Shown here piece after piece: positions 12,391 to 25,483 of a DNA stretch of 64,000 nucleotides (position 1 is its first letter; each line of letters starts with the position of its first letter). This DNA comes from Squalus acanthias (taxonomy: Eukaryota). The notes below the pieces were generated by a model. It did not search any database and was not told the DNA's origin. It saw nothing but the letters and a program-made list of their open reading frames with translations. The position numbers and the translations under genes were made by a program. The DNA lies in assembly GCA_030390025.1 (NCBI GenBank), contig CM059431.1, positions 97,032,001-97,096,000 of the forward strand, in the 5' to 3' direction.

Positions 12391-13150
12391 GGGGTAAAAA
12401 TTGAGTCGCGCCCCATTTGGGGCGCTAACCTCGCCGGGGCGCGACTTTTAGCGCCCCGAAAAAATTAGCGGCCCCGCGCCGGAACTTCAGTGGTTGCGCC
12501 CCAAGAGGGAAGCGGGGCGCAACTGGAAGCAGCCCGCATCCCTCTTGGGGCGCTGCGAGTGAATATCCTGGCGTTACGTGCCGCAGCGCCATGCGCTGCG
12601 GCACGTCGCGCCGCGGTATTGCAGGCCTTCCTCCCCTTCTTAAAGGGGCGGGACCCTGCGCAGCGCGAACCGGGGCCCAGCTGGGCCCCCAGGGATCGGG
12701 AGTGCCGGCAAAAGAGCCCGGCACTCAAGAGAAGTGCCGGGCTCTTGGAGCGCAGCCGGCACTTCACGGTGGGGGGGCTTCACGGGGGCCGGGGGCAGGT
12801 GCTGGCAGGCGGCCAGCAACAAAAATGGCCGCCTGCCACCTCCGCTTTAAATATCGATGCCCCGGCCGCACGTACGCCTCCCTGAACCCGTCGGACATAG
12901 CGTCTGGCGGTAAATCAGGGGGCGCGACTGAAGATCACGGCCGGGGCGCGAGCGGGGTGCTGCGCACGGCGATGACGTCATCGCCGGCGGCGCAGCGCCC
13001 CAGGGCGCTACCGGCTGCCGCCGCCGCTAACCTCCCACTAAATTTTTCGGGAGGCGTGGGCGGCGCTGCGCCCGGGCGTTAGCTGCTTTACGCCCATTAG
13101 CGCCCTCTTAAGGCGCTAACGGGAGGCGCAAGCAGCTGAATTTTTCCCCC
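12391..13150 (-). mobile_element. Non-autonomous Harbinger, distinct GC-rich family (type III), 760 bp
   Basis: TIRs GGGGTAAAAATT / AATTTTTCCCCC; flanks CAG/CAA; shares terminal sequence with the other elements but has a different interior. Confidence 0.9.
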
Positions 13151-15314
13151 CAAGCGTTTCAGGACCCAAACCCCAAGTGTTCCAGAATCCAAACACCAAG
13201 CATTCCAGGACCCAAACCCGAACTGTTCTGGAACCCAAACACCAAGCATTCCAGGACCCAAACACCAAGCGTTTCAGGACCCAAACCCCAAGTGTTCCGG
13301 AACCCAAACACCAAGCATTCCAGCAAGCAAACCCCAACTGTTCTGGGACCCAAACACCAAATATTCCAGGACCGAAACACAAAGCGTTCCAGGACAGAAA
13401 CACCAAGCGTTCCAGGACCCAAACACCAAGCGTTCCAGGACCCAAACCCCAACCGTTCTGGAACCCAAACAGCAAGCCTTCCAGAACCCGAACACCAAGC
13501 CAACTGGGCCCCAAACAGCAAGCATTCCGGGACCCAAACACCAAGCGTTCCGGGTACCAAACACCAAGAAAACTGGGCCCCAAACACCACGCATTCTGGA
13601 ACCCAAACACCAGGCATTCCAGAACCCAAACACCAAGCGTTCCAGGACCCAAACCCCAACCGTTTTGGGACCCAAACACCAAGCGTTCTAGGACCCAAAC
13701 ACCAAGTGTTCCAGGACCCAAACCCCAACTGTTCTGGAACCCAAACACCAAGCATTCCAGGACACAAACACCAAGCATTCCAGGACCCAAATACCAAACG
13801 TTCTGGAACCCAAACACGAAGTGTTCCAGGACCCAAACACGAAGAAGTCCAGGACCCAAACACCAAATGTTCTGGATCCCAAACACCAAATGTTCCAGGA
13901 CCAAAACATCAAGTGTTCCAGGACCCAAACACCAAGAGTTCTAGGACTCAAACACCAAGCAAAATGGGACCGAAACCCCAAGCGTTCCGGAACGCAAACA
14001 CCAAGCATTCCAGGACCCAAATACCAAGCATTCCAGGATCCAAACACCAAATGTTCTGGAACCCAAACACCAAACATTCCAGGACCCAAATACCAAGCAT
14101 TCCAGGATCCAAACACCAAGTGTTCTGGAACCCAAACACCAAGCGTTCTGGAACCCAAACACCATGTGTTCCGGGACCCAAATACCAAGCGTTCCAGGAA
14201 CCAAACCCCAACCATTCTGGGACCCAAACACCAAGTGTTCCGGAACCCAAACAGCAAGCTTTTCAGGTCCCAAACACCAAGCGTTCCATGACCTAAGCCC
14301 CAACTGTTCTGGAAACCAAACACCAAGCGTTCCAGGAACCAAACACCAAGTGTTCCAGTACCCAAACACCAAGCGTTCCAGGAACCAAACACCAAGCGTT
14401 CCAGGAACCAAACACCAAGTGTTCCAGGACCCAAACACCAAGCGTTCCAGGAACGAAACACCAAGTGATCCAGGACCCAAACACCAAGCGTTCCAGGAAC
14501 CAAACACCAAGCGTTCCAGGACCCAAACACCATGTGTTCCAGAACCCAAACACCAAGCGTTCCAGGAACCAAACACCAAGCGTTCCAGGACCCAAACACC
14601 ATGTGTTCCAGAACCCAAACAGCAAGCATTTCAGGACCCAAAAACCAAGTGTTCTGGAACCCAAACACCAAACATTCCAGGACCAAAACACCAAGTGTTC
14701 CAGAACAGAAACACTAAGCATTCCAGGACCCAAACACCAAGCGTTCTGGAACCCAAATAGCAAGCTTTCCAGGACCCAAACACCGGGCCAACTGGGTCCC
14801 AAACAGCAAGTATTCATGGAACCAAACATCAAGCGTTCTAGGACCCAAACTCCAAGTGTTCCGGAACCCAAACAGCAAGCTTTTCAGGTCCCAAACACCA
14901 AGCGTTGCACGACCCAAACCCCAACTGTTCTGGAAACCAAACACCAAGTGTTCCAGGACCCAAACACCAAGCATTCCGGGACCCAAACACCAAGCGTTCT
15001 GGGACCCAAACACCAAGCATTCTGGAACCCAAACACTAAGCATTATGGAACCCAAACACCAAGTGTTCCAGGACCCAAACACCAAGCAAACTGGGACCCA
15101 AACCCCAAGCGTTCCGGAATGCAAACACCTAGCATTCCAGGACCCAAACCCCAAATGTTCTGGAACCCAAACACCAAACGTTCCAGGATTAAAAAGCAAG
15201 CGTTATGGAAACCAAACACCAAGCATTCTGGAACCCAAACACCAAGCATTCCGGGACCCAAACACCAAGCATTCTGGAACCCAAACACCAAGCATTCCGG
15301 GACCCAAACACCAA

Positions 15315-16208
15315 GGGGTAGAAATTAGGTCGCGCCCCATTTGGGGCGCAAATATCGTCCGGACGCAAATATTAGCGCCTGGCGCTAATTATCGGCACTG
15401 ACGGGAAACTTCACTTTTACCGCCCCGGGAGGTGAGTGGAGCGCTAAAGCAGGCACTGCACACCTCTCTTAAGGCGCAAAGGCCGAGCAGTGAGGCGCTA
15501 ACTCGGAGCGCTGGCGAAGCTCATGTAATGTCAGTCAGCAATGGAACACACACACAATGGCACGGGCCAGTTCTTAAAGGGGATGGTTAATCTTGCTTTC
15601 CATCCACATCCTGTTCATTGCTGCCTTGAATCTCGGCCTGGAGAGACTTGCACATCAAATGTGCTGGAAAGAACAATGGAGAGCACCAGGCAAAGAGCTC
15701 AGAGTGCAGCCCCCACAGTCTCTGCTAAATCGATACAAGGAATCGCAAATCAAAATGAACCTGCAAAGTGCTGCTCAGTACCCAAAACTCCTTCACACAA
15801 CGTTGAATCTCTCCAGAAGTCTCTCCCTCTCTCTCTCAGAATGCGTAGTTCAAAAATGCCACCAACAATAAAAGACAGGAAGAGGACCCCTTTAAATAGC
15901 GCCCCCCCCCAGCCCCACAGCGATTGATAGCGTTCCAGTCTTCTGGTCGTTGGAAGCGCCAGGCGGTAAGGCAGGGGGCGCCACTCAATTTCCGCTACGG
16001 GGCGCCCCAAGGGCGTTGCACCATGGAATGACGTCACAATCTGCGCGCGCATGTGGTCGCAGCGGTAAGTTTTAGCGCCGCCGCACAATCTCAAGTTAAG
16101 TTCTCGAGCGGCGCAAACATCGCTGCGCCCGGGCGTTAGCGGCTTTGCGCCCCATTAGCGCCCTCTTAAGGCGCTAACGGGTGGCGCAACCAAGTGAATT
16201 TTTACCCC
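15315..16208 (-). mobile_element. Harbinger MITE type I, 894 bp
   Basis: Reverse complement of 2567-3459; TSD CAA/CAA. Confidence 0.95.
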
Positions 16209-19200
16209 CAAGCATTCCAGGACCCAAACCCCAACTGCTCTGGAACCCAAACACCAAGCGTTCCAGGACAGAAACACCAAGCATTCCAGGACCCAAACAC
16301 CAAGCATTCTGGAACCCAAACACCAAGCGTCCTGGAACCCAAACAGCAAGCCTTCCAGAACCCGAACACCAAGCCAACTGGGCCCCAAACAGCAAGCATT
16401 CCGGGACCCAAACACCAAGCGTTCCGGGAACCAAACACCAAGCAAACTGGGCCCCAAACACCAGGCATTCTAGAACCCAAACACCAAGCGTTCCATGAAC
16501 CAAACCCCAACTGTTCTGGGTCCCAAACACCAAGCCTTCTGGAACTCAAACACCAAGCGTTCCAGGACCCAAACCCCAACTGTCCTGGAAACCAAATACC
16601 CAGCGGTCCAGGACCCAAACACCAAGCATTCCAGGACACAAATACCAAGCAATCCAGGTCCCAAATACCAAACATTCTGGAACCCAAGCACCAAACATTC
16701 CAGCACCGAAACACCAAGCGTTCCAGGACAGAAACACCGAGCGTTCCAGGACCCAAACACAAAGTGTTCCAGGATTCAAACACCAAGCGTTCCGGGATCC
16801 AAACACTAAGCATTATGGAACCCAAACACTAAGTGTTCCGGGACCCAAACACCAAGCGTTCCAGGAACCAAACCCCAACCGTTCTGGGACCCAAACACCA
16901 AGTGTTCTGGAACCCAAACAGTAAGTGTTTCCGGACCCAAACACCAAGCGTTCCAGGACCCAAACCCCAACTGTTCTGGAACCCAAACAGCAAGCGTTCC
17001 GGGACCCAAACACCAAGTGTTCCGGGACTCAAACACCAAGCGTTCCAGGATGCAAACACCAAGCAAACTGGGCCCCAAGAACCAAGCATTCTGGAACCCA
17101 GCACCAAGCAAACTGGGCCCCAAATACCAAGCATTCCAGAACCCAAACACCAAGTGTTCCATGACCCAAACACCAAGAAAACTGGGCCCGAAACACCAAG
17201 CGTTCCAGAACCCAAACACCAAGCATTCCAGGATCCAAACACCAAGCGTTCGAGGACCCAAACCCCAACAGTTCTGGGACCCAAACACCAAGCCTTCTGA
17301 AACACAAACACCAAGCGTTTCAGGACCTAAACACCAACCGTTCCAGGACCCAAACCCCAACTGTTCTGGAACCCAAACACCAAGTGCTCCAGGACCCAAA
17401 CACCATGCGTTCCAGGACCCAAACACCAAGCATTCCAGGACCCAAATACCAAACGTTCTGGAGCCCAAACACCAAGTGTTCCAGGACTCAAACACGAAGC
17501 ATTCCAGGACCCAAACATCAAGCGGTCTGGAACCCAAACACCAAATGTTCCAGAACCGAAATACCAAGTGTTCCAGGAACCAAACACCAAGCGTTCCAGG
17601 ACCCAAACACCAAGTGTTCCAGGACCGAAACATCAAGTGTTCCAGGACCCAAACACCAAGCAAACTGGGCCCCAAAAACCAAGCGTTCCAGAATCTAAAC
17701 ACCAAGCATTCCAGGACCCAAACCCCAAATGTTCTGGAACCCAAACACCAAACGTTCCAGGACCCAAACACCAAGCAAACTGGGACCCAAACCCCAAGAG
17801 TTCCAGAACCCAAACACCAAGCGTTCCAGGAATCAAACCCCAACAGTTCTGGAACCCAAACACCAAAGGTTCCAGGACCCAAACACCAAGCATTCTGGAA
17901 CCCAAACACCAAGCGTTCTGGAACCTAAACACCAAGCAAACTGGGACCCAAACACCAAGTGTACCAAGACCCAAACATCCAAGTGTTCTGGGACCCAAAC
18001 ACCAAGCATTCCGGGACCAAAACACCAAGCGTTCTGAAACCCAAACACAAAGCTTACCAGAACCCAAGCACCAAGTGTTCCAGGACCCAAACACAAAGCA
18101 AACTGGGACACAAACCCCAAGTGTTCCGGAACCCAAACACCAAGCGTTCCAGGACCCAAACACAAAACGTTCCAGGAACCAAACCCGAACCGTTCTGGGA
18201 CCCAAACTCCAAGCATTGCGGAACCAAACACCAAGCAAACTGGGCCCCAAATATTAAGCGTTCTGGAACCCAAACACCTAGCATTCCAGGATCCAAATAC
18301 CAAGCAAACTGGGCCCCAAACACCAATCATTCCAGAACCTAAACACCAAGCGTTCCAGGACCCAAACACCAAGCATTCCAGGACCCAAACATCAAGGGTT
18401 CAAGGATCCAAAAACCAAGCGTTCCGGGACCCAAACACCAAGCAAACTGGGTCCCAAACACCAAGCATTCCGGGGCCCAAACACCAAGCAAACTGGGCCC
18501 CAAACACTAAGCGTTCTGGGACCCAAACACCAAGCATACTGGGCCCCAAACACCAAACGATCCAGGACCCAAACACCAAGCGTTCCAGGACCCAAACACC
18601 AAGCGTTCCAGGACCCAAACACCAAGCATTCCGGAACACAAACACCAAGCATTCTGGGACCCAAACCCCAAGTGTTCCAGAACCTAAACACCAAGCTTTC
18701 CGAGACCCAAACACCAAGCAAACTGGGACCCAAACACCAAGCAAACTGGGACCCAAACACCGAACATTCCAGAACCCAAGCACCAAGCGTTCTGGAACCC
18801 AAACACTAAGCATTATGGAACCCAAACACCAAACATTCCGCAACCCAAACTCCAAGCGTTCTGGAACCCAAAAAACAAGTGTTCCATGACCCAAACACCA
18901 AGCAAACTGGGACCCGAACCCTAAGTGTTCCAGAACCCAAACACCAAGCATTTCAGGACCCAAACACCAAACGTTCCAGGAAGCAAACACCAACCGCACT
19001 GGGACCCAAACTCCAAGCATTCCAGGCCCCCAACACCAACCAAACATGGCCCCAAACACCAAGCATTCCGGATCCCAAACACCAAGCAAACTGGGCCCCA
19101 AATATCAAGCGTTCCGGAACCCAAACACCTAGCGTTCCAGGATCCAAATACCAAGTGATTCAGCACCCAAACTCCAAACGTTCTGGAACCCAAACACCAA

Positions 19201-20563
19201 GCATTCTTCAACCCAAACAGCAAGCGTTCCGGGACCCAAACACCAAGTGTTCCGGGACTCAAACACCAAGCGTTCCAGGATGCAAACACCAAGCAAACTG
19301 GGCCCCAAGAACCAAGCATTCTGGAACCCAGCACCAAGCAAACTGGGTCCCAAATACCAAGCATTCCAGAACCCAAACACCAAGTGTTCCATGACCCAAA
19401 CACCAAGAAAACTGGGCCCGAAACACCAAGCGTTCCAGAACCCAAACACCAAGCATTCCAGGATCCAAACACCAAGCGTTCGAGGACCCAAACCCCAACA
19501 GTTCTGGGACCCAAACACCAAGCCTTCTGAAACCCAAACACCAAGCGTTTCAGGACCTAAACACCAACTGTTCCAGGACCCAAACCCCAACTGTTCTGGA
19601 ACCCAAACACCAAGTGCTCCAGGACCCAAACACCATGCGTTCCAGGACCCAAACACCAAGCATTCCAGGGACCCAAATACCAAACGTTCTGGAGCCCAAA
19701 CACCAAGTGTTCCAGGACTCAAACACGAAGCATTCCAGGACCCAAACATCAAGCGGTCTGGAACCCAAACACCAAATGTTCCAGAACCGAAATACCAAGT
19801 GCTCCAGGAACCAAACACCAAGCGTTCCAGGACCCAAACACCAAGTGTTCCAGGAACCAAACACCAAGCGTTCCAGGACCCAAACACCAAGTGTTCTGGA
19901 ACCCAAACACCAAGCGTTCCAGGACCCAAACACAAAGTGTTCTGGAAACCAAACACCAAGCATTCTGGGACCCAAACACCAAGCATTCCTGGACCCAAAA
20001 ACCTAGCGTTCCAGGCCCCAAACCCCAACCGTTCTGGAACCCAAACACCAAGGGGTAAAAATTCAGTTGGTTGCGCCTCCCGTTAGCGCCTTAAGAGGGC
20101 GCTAATGGGGCGCAAAGCCGCTAACGCCCGGGCGCAGCGATGTTTGCGCCGCTCGGGAACTTAACTAGACATTGTGCTGCGGCGCTAAACTTTACCGCTG
20201 CGACCACCTGCGCGCGCAGATTGTGACGTCATTCCATGGTGCAACGCCCTTGTGGCGCCCCGGAGCGGAAATTGAGTGGCGCCCCCTGCCTTACCGCCTG
20301 GCGCATCCAACGACCGGAAGACTGGAACGCTATCAATCGCTGTGGGGCTGGGGGGGGGCGCTATTTAAAGGGGGCCTCTTCCTGTCTTTTTCTGTGGTTG
20401 ACATTTTTGCACCACTCGTTCTGAGAGAGAGAGAGAGATTCGGAGAGAGAGAAAGAGAGACTTCTGCATTGAGTCAACGCTTTGTGAGGTAGTTTTGCCT
20501 ACTGATCCTAACTTCGCTGCTACTTTGGTTGTTGTCCTTCATTACTTTGCTTGCAAAGAGACT

Positions 20564-21593
20564 ATGGGGGCTGCACTGATTGGGGGCGTCGTCCTGCTCC
20601 AGCTGAATCGGAGGACACAGAGACGCAGAGAGAGAGTGGCAATGATGGCCAGACGGAGGAGGGCTAACAGGCGTATGTACAGGAGAGCTTACCCTCCCAG
20701 GGTATATCGTGAACAGCTCTCCTACATTCATATGTCTGAGGAGCTGTGTTTGCGAAGGCTGCGATTCAGCAAGGAGGTGGTCACTGAGCTCTGCCACCTG
20801 CTGCAGCCAGATCTGCAGCCTCAACTGAGGTCCAGGACGTCTCTGTCGGTGGCAGTGAAGGTCACAGTGGCGCTCAACTTCTATGCTACTGGCTCATTTC
20901 AAGCTGCTGCTGGGGACCTCGACAATATCTCCCAGTTCGCGGTGCATTGCTGCATCCGGCAGGTCACAAATGCCCTCTTTAAAAGGAGACGAGAGTTCAT
21001 CTCTTTCCCCATGACCCCAGACAAGCAGCGTGACCGCGCTCTGGGCTTGCGAGGATAGCGGGCTTCCCCATGGTGCAGGGCGCCATTGACTGCACGCATG
21101 TGGCTTTGTGTGCTCCACATGAGAATGCCGAGGAATTCCGGAACAGAAAGGGGTTCCATTCCTTGAATGTTCAGTTGGTCTGTGACCACAGACAGCTGAT
21201 ACTCGCTGTCAATGCCCACTATCCTGGCAGCTGCCACGATGCTTTTATCCTGCGCCAGACTACTGTGGCAGAACTTTTCGAGGCACCGCATCAGCCAGTT
21301 GGTTGGCTTCTCGGGGACAAGGGGTATCCATTGAGCACCTGGCTGATGACACCGCTCCGTACGCCCAACACCCCTGCTGAGCTGCGGTACAATGAGAGCC
21401 ATCAAGCTACCAGGAACATCATTGAGCGCACAATCGGCGTGCTGAAGCAACGGTTCCGCTGTCTCGACCATTCTGGAGGAGCCCTGCAGTACTCGCCTGA
21501 ACGAGTATCCAACTTCGTAGTTGTGTGCTGCATGTTGCATAACATGGCAATCGTCAGGACCCAGCCAATGCCACCAGGCCTTGGATCACCACC

Positions 21594-21624
<31 letters not shown>

Positions 21625-21732
21625 GAAGAGGACGAGGAGGATGATCATCAGCAGCACCAAGGCGGGAGGGCGGCCCACAATGGTGAAACTGCAAGGGCCG
21701 TCCATCAACGGCTGATAGCAAGCCGCTTCTAG
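20564..21732 (+). pseudogene. Harbinger transposase with a -1 frameshift near 21048
   Basis: CTGGGCTTGCG here versus CTGGGCTTTGCG in the intact subfamily B copy; split ORFs 20495-21058 and 21070-21732; DDE motifs present. Confidence 0.92.
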
Positions 21733-22044
21733 GGCCCCTGCTGTGGAAATGGCCCCTGCCATTGCTAACAACATCAATGAACCCAGCACGCAACCCCTAA
21801 GCCGGCCAAGGCACCAATAATTCCAAACACCAACCATGTATATTTTGAATACAGAAACTTATTTATTTTACAAACTCTGTGTGTGTCAATTCCTCATGAC
21901 AAACTCATAGAAATAAACACAAAAAAACAGTCAATAACATAACTGGTTCTCACAATCTGGAGATAATGTCCAAAACACTAAACAAAAGTTGGACCATGAA
22001 CCTCGGCCTTTAATAAAAAAATGACCAGCATTTTGTCACACCTC

Positions 22045-23863
22045 CTACTTTTTGCCCTTCGAGGGTGATCTCCTTCCCTTGCGCACTTCCCCCCTTCTAA
22101 CCCTACTGCTCCTCCGTAATGGGACCTCAGTGGCTGCAGCAAGGCTGGTGGAAGGCTGCTGATCGTCAGACCCTGACACTGCAGATGCCCCTGAAGGACG
22201 GCCTCGACCAGTTCTGGGCCTGGAGGGCCCGGCTGCAGACTGCACCAACTCTGCATGGGCGGCAGCAGTCTGTCCTACAGGCGGTGGCAAGTGCAGTGGA
22301 GAAGTGACAGTGTTGGCAGCAGGAATGCTGTCATCGTGAGAGAGGACAGCAACTCCCTGCTCGCCCGACACACTGGCACTCCCAAGAACAGCACTTCAGC
22401 ATCCGGAGCAATCTGCTGGAGAACAGATTGCAGGCCTGCTGCAGCGCGGTGAGAGCCCCGGGGACATGTGAACGAACCATCGAGGTTGGCAGCAGTCTGT
22501 GCTCGCTTGGCCTCAATCTGAGTCTGCATGAGAGCAGTCAGAGATGGGATCACGGCAGCCAGTGACTGAATTGCAGCACTAAGCGTTAGTGTGGCATCCG
22601 CCTGTGCTACAGCGAAGTGCTCCACACTCCTTGCCAGTGACTCAATGCATTCGGGCACCCTTCCCACTGCACCCATGAGCTCAGTGTGCATGCCCACCGC
22701 CTGGGTGTTCATTTCTGCGATCAGCCGCTCCTCCTCTGCGTCCATTGCAGTAGGAGTCTCTGGCATACTCTCCCTCTGGGGAGAAGGCCCCCGTTCTTCC
22801 CTACCCCCATGGCGTTGCTGCAGCCCGCTGGGTCCTGGAGCTTCACCCTCATCAGACCCTTCCCCCCTGCTCCCCTCCAGGGAAGGCGTGTTCCCAGTGT
22901 GGGCATGGGCTTCCTCGGGAGAGGGTGGCACTGATGCTCCGGCTTCCTCTTCCTCCTCGGCTGCAGCTTCACGCCCAGTGGCAGCTTCAGGGCCCGTCTC
23001 CTCAGCTGGTGAATCACCATCTGAAAGCAGGGAGGTACAAGAGTGGCTTTAGCGTGAGGACAGGGTGGCAGTAAGGGAGGAATAAGTGCAGCGAGTTAGC
23101 AAGTTGGATTGAAAGTGTCAAAGGCTGGTGTTGTGAGGGACAAGTGGAAGGACAGAGGACAAAAAGGTGATGACCTTACCATTGCTGTCCAGAACGGGGT
23201 CGGCGTCTCCAGTGGCGACGGGACCGATCACCCGGCTTGCCACAATCCTGTGGACGCGCTCCTCAAGATCGCTGAGGGGTTGCAGCTGAGGCCGCCCTCC
23301 ACCTGTCCGTTGCTGCTGTCTCCGATTATGCGCCAGCTTGGCCTGCAAGAAAAAGGACAGCATCTGAGTAAATATACAGCCATGGTCTTGCCTGATGTGC
23401 CTCCCATAGGTGAATAGCCCTTACTGTATGCAGCCATGGTCTTGCCTGATGTGCCTCCCATAGGTGAATAGCCCTTACTGTATGCAAAGTGTGGAATGTG
23501 TGTGTGTGTTTCATGAAAGGGCCATAGGTGTTGGATGAGTGTTGTGCATTGGGGTTTTAAGACCCTCTGGCCATAGAGTGAGGTTGAGATGGAGGGATGG
23601 AGAGGTATTGAGAAAAAGCCACTCACCCTGACGACCCGAGTGAGGTCGTTGAACTTTTTGCGGCATTGAACATGGGTCCTGGGCACCATGCTCCTGGAGG
23701 AGACGCTCTGAGCCACCTCCCTCCACACTCTTCTGTACTCGCGTGGCAAAGGCCTCCTGCCACTCTCAGGGAAGAGTATACATCTTCTGCGCTCCACCGC
23801 GCCAACCAGAGCATCCAAGGCCCGCTCGGTGAAGCGATGAGCTCGTTCTCTCACCCTCTCCAT
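22045..23863 (-). pseudogene. Myb/SANT-like gene (exons 23863-23627, 23342-23180, 23020-22045) with a frameshift near 22386
   Basis: Exon 3 is split into ORFs 22275-22931 and 22045-22371; CCCAAGAACAG here versus CCCAAGGGGCAG in the copy near 44292. Confidence 0.82.
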
Positions 23864-24591
23864 CCTTGGCAGCAAAATGGATTCACAGGTCTCTCCAGGC
23901 CGAGATTCAAGGCTGCAATGAGCAGGGTGTGGCTGGGGAGCAAGTTGGCCCCCCCTGCTTTAAGAACTGGCCGGCGCCAGTGTGTCTGTGTTCCCTTGCT
24001 AACTGGCAGCACCTGCGCTGCGCTCGCGCGCTGAGTTAGCGCCTCACTGCTCGGCCTTTGCGCCTTAAGACAGGTGTGCAGCGCCTGATTTAGCGCTCCA
24101 CTCACGTCCCGGGGCGGTAAAAGTGAAGTTTCCAGTCAGTGGCGATAATTAGCGCCAGGCGCTAATATTTGCGTCCAGACGATATTTGCGCCCCAAACGG
24201 GGCGCGACCTAATTTTTCCCCCCAAGTGTTCTGGGACCCAAATACCAAGCATTTTGGGACCCAAACACCAAGCATTCTGGAACCCAAACACCAAAGTTCC
24301 ATGACCCAAACACCAAGCATTCCAGAACCCAAACATCGAGCGTTCTGGAACCCAAACACCAAGTGTTCCAGATCCCAAACACCTAGCGTTCCAGGGCCCA
24401 ATCACCAAATGTTCCAGCAAGCAAACCCCAACCGTTCTGGGACCCAAACTCCAAGCATTCCAGGCCCCCATACCAAGCAAACATGGCCCCCAACACCAAG
24501 CAAATGGTGCCCCAAACACCAAGAATTCCGGAACCCAAACACCAAGCAAACTGGGCCCCAAATATCAAGCGTTCCGGAACCCAAACACCTA

Positions 24592-25483
24592 GGGGGAAAA
24601 ATTCAGTTGGTTGCGCCTCCCGTTAGCGCCTTAAAGGGCGCTAATGGGGTGCAAAGCATCTAGCGCCCAGGCGCGGCGAAGTTTGCGCCGCTCGTGAAAT
24701 TAACTAGACATTTTGCGGCGGCGCTAAACACTACTGCCACGATCTCCTGCGCCGGCAGATCGTGACGTCAGTCGAGTGCGCAACGCCCCGGTATCGCCCC
24801 GGAGCGGATATTGAGAGGCGCCCCCTGCCTTACCGCCTGACGCTAGCAACGACAGGTTGAGGGGAGCGTTCTGCAGTCATGAAGGGAAAGGGGGAGCGCT
24901 ATTTAAAGGTGACCGCTTCCTGCCTTTTATTGTTGGTGCCATTTTTTAACGATGCATTCTGAGAGAGAGTGAGAGAGACTTCTGGAGAGATTCAACGTTG
25001 TGTGAATGAGTTTTGGGTACTCAGCAGCACTTTGCAGGTTAATTTTGATTTGCCATTCCTTGTATCGATTTAGAAGAGACTGTGGGGGCTGCACTCTGAG
25101 CTCTTTCCCTGGTACTCTCCATTGTTCTTTCCAGCAGATTTGATGTGCAGGTCTCTCCAGGCTGAGATTCAAGGCTGCAATGAGCAGGATGTGGATGGAA
25201 AGCAAGATTAACCATCCCCTTTAAGAACTGGCCCATGCCATTGTGTGTGTGTTCCATTGCTGACTGACATTACATGAGCTTTGCCAGCGCTCTGAGGTAG
25301 CGCCGCGCTCCTCGGCCTTTGCGCCTTAAGACAGGTGTGAAGCGCCTGATTTAGCGCTCCAATCACCTCCAGGGGTGATAAAAGTCAAGTTTGCAGTCGG
25401 TGGCGATAATTAGCACCAGGCGCTAATCTTTGCGCCCGGCCGATAATTGCGCCCCAAATGGGGCGATACTGAATTTCTCCCCC
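24592..25483 (+). mobile_element. Harbinger MITE type II, 892 bp
   Basis: TIRs GGGGGAAAAATT / AATTTCTCCCCC; TSD CTA/CTA. Confidence 0.95.

Larger units (their letters stand above)
20052..24222 (+). mobile_element. Full-length Harbinger transposon, subfamily B, 4171 bp (both genes frameshifted)
   Basis: TIRs; TSD CAA/CAA; colinear with the other full-length copies. Confidence 0.96.
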
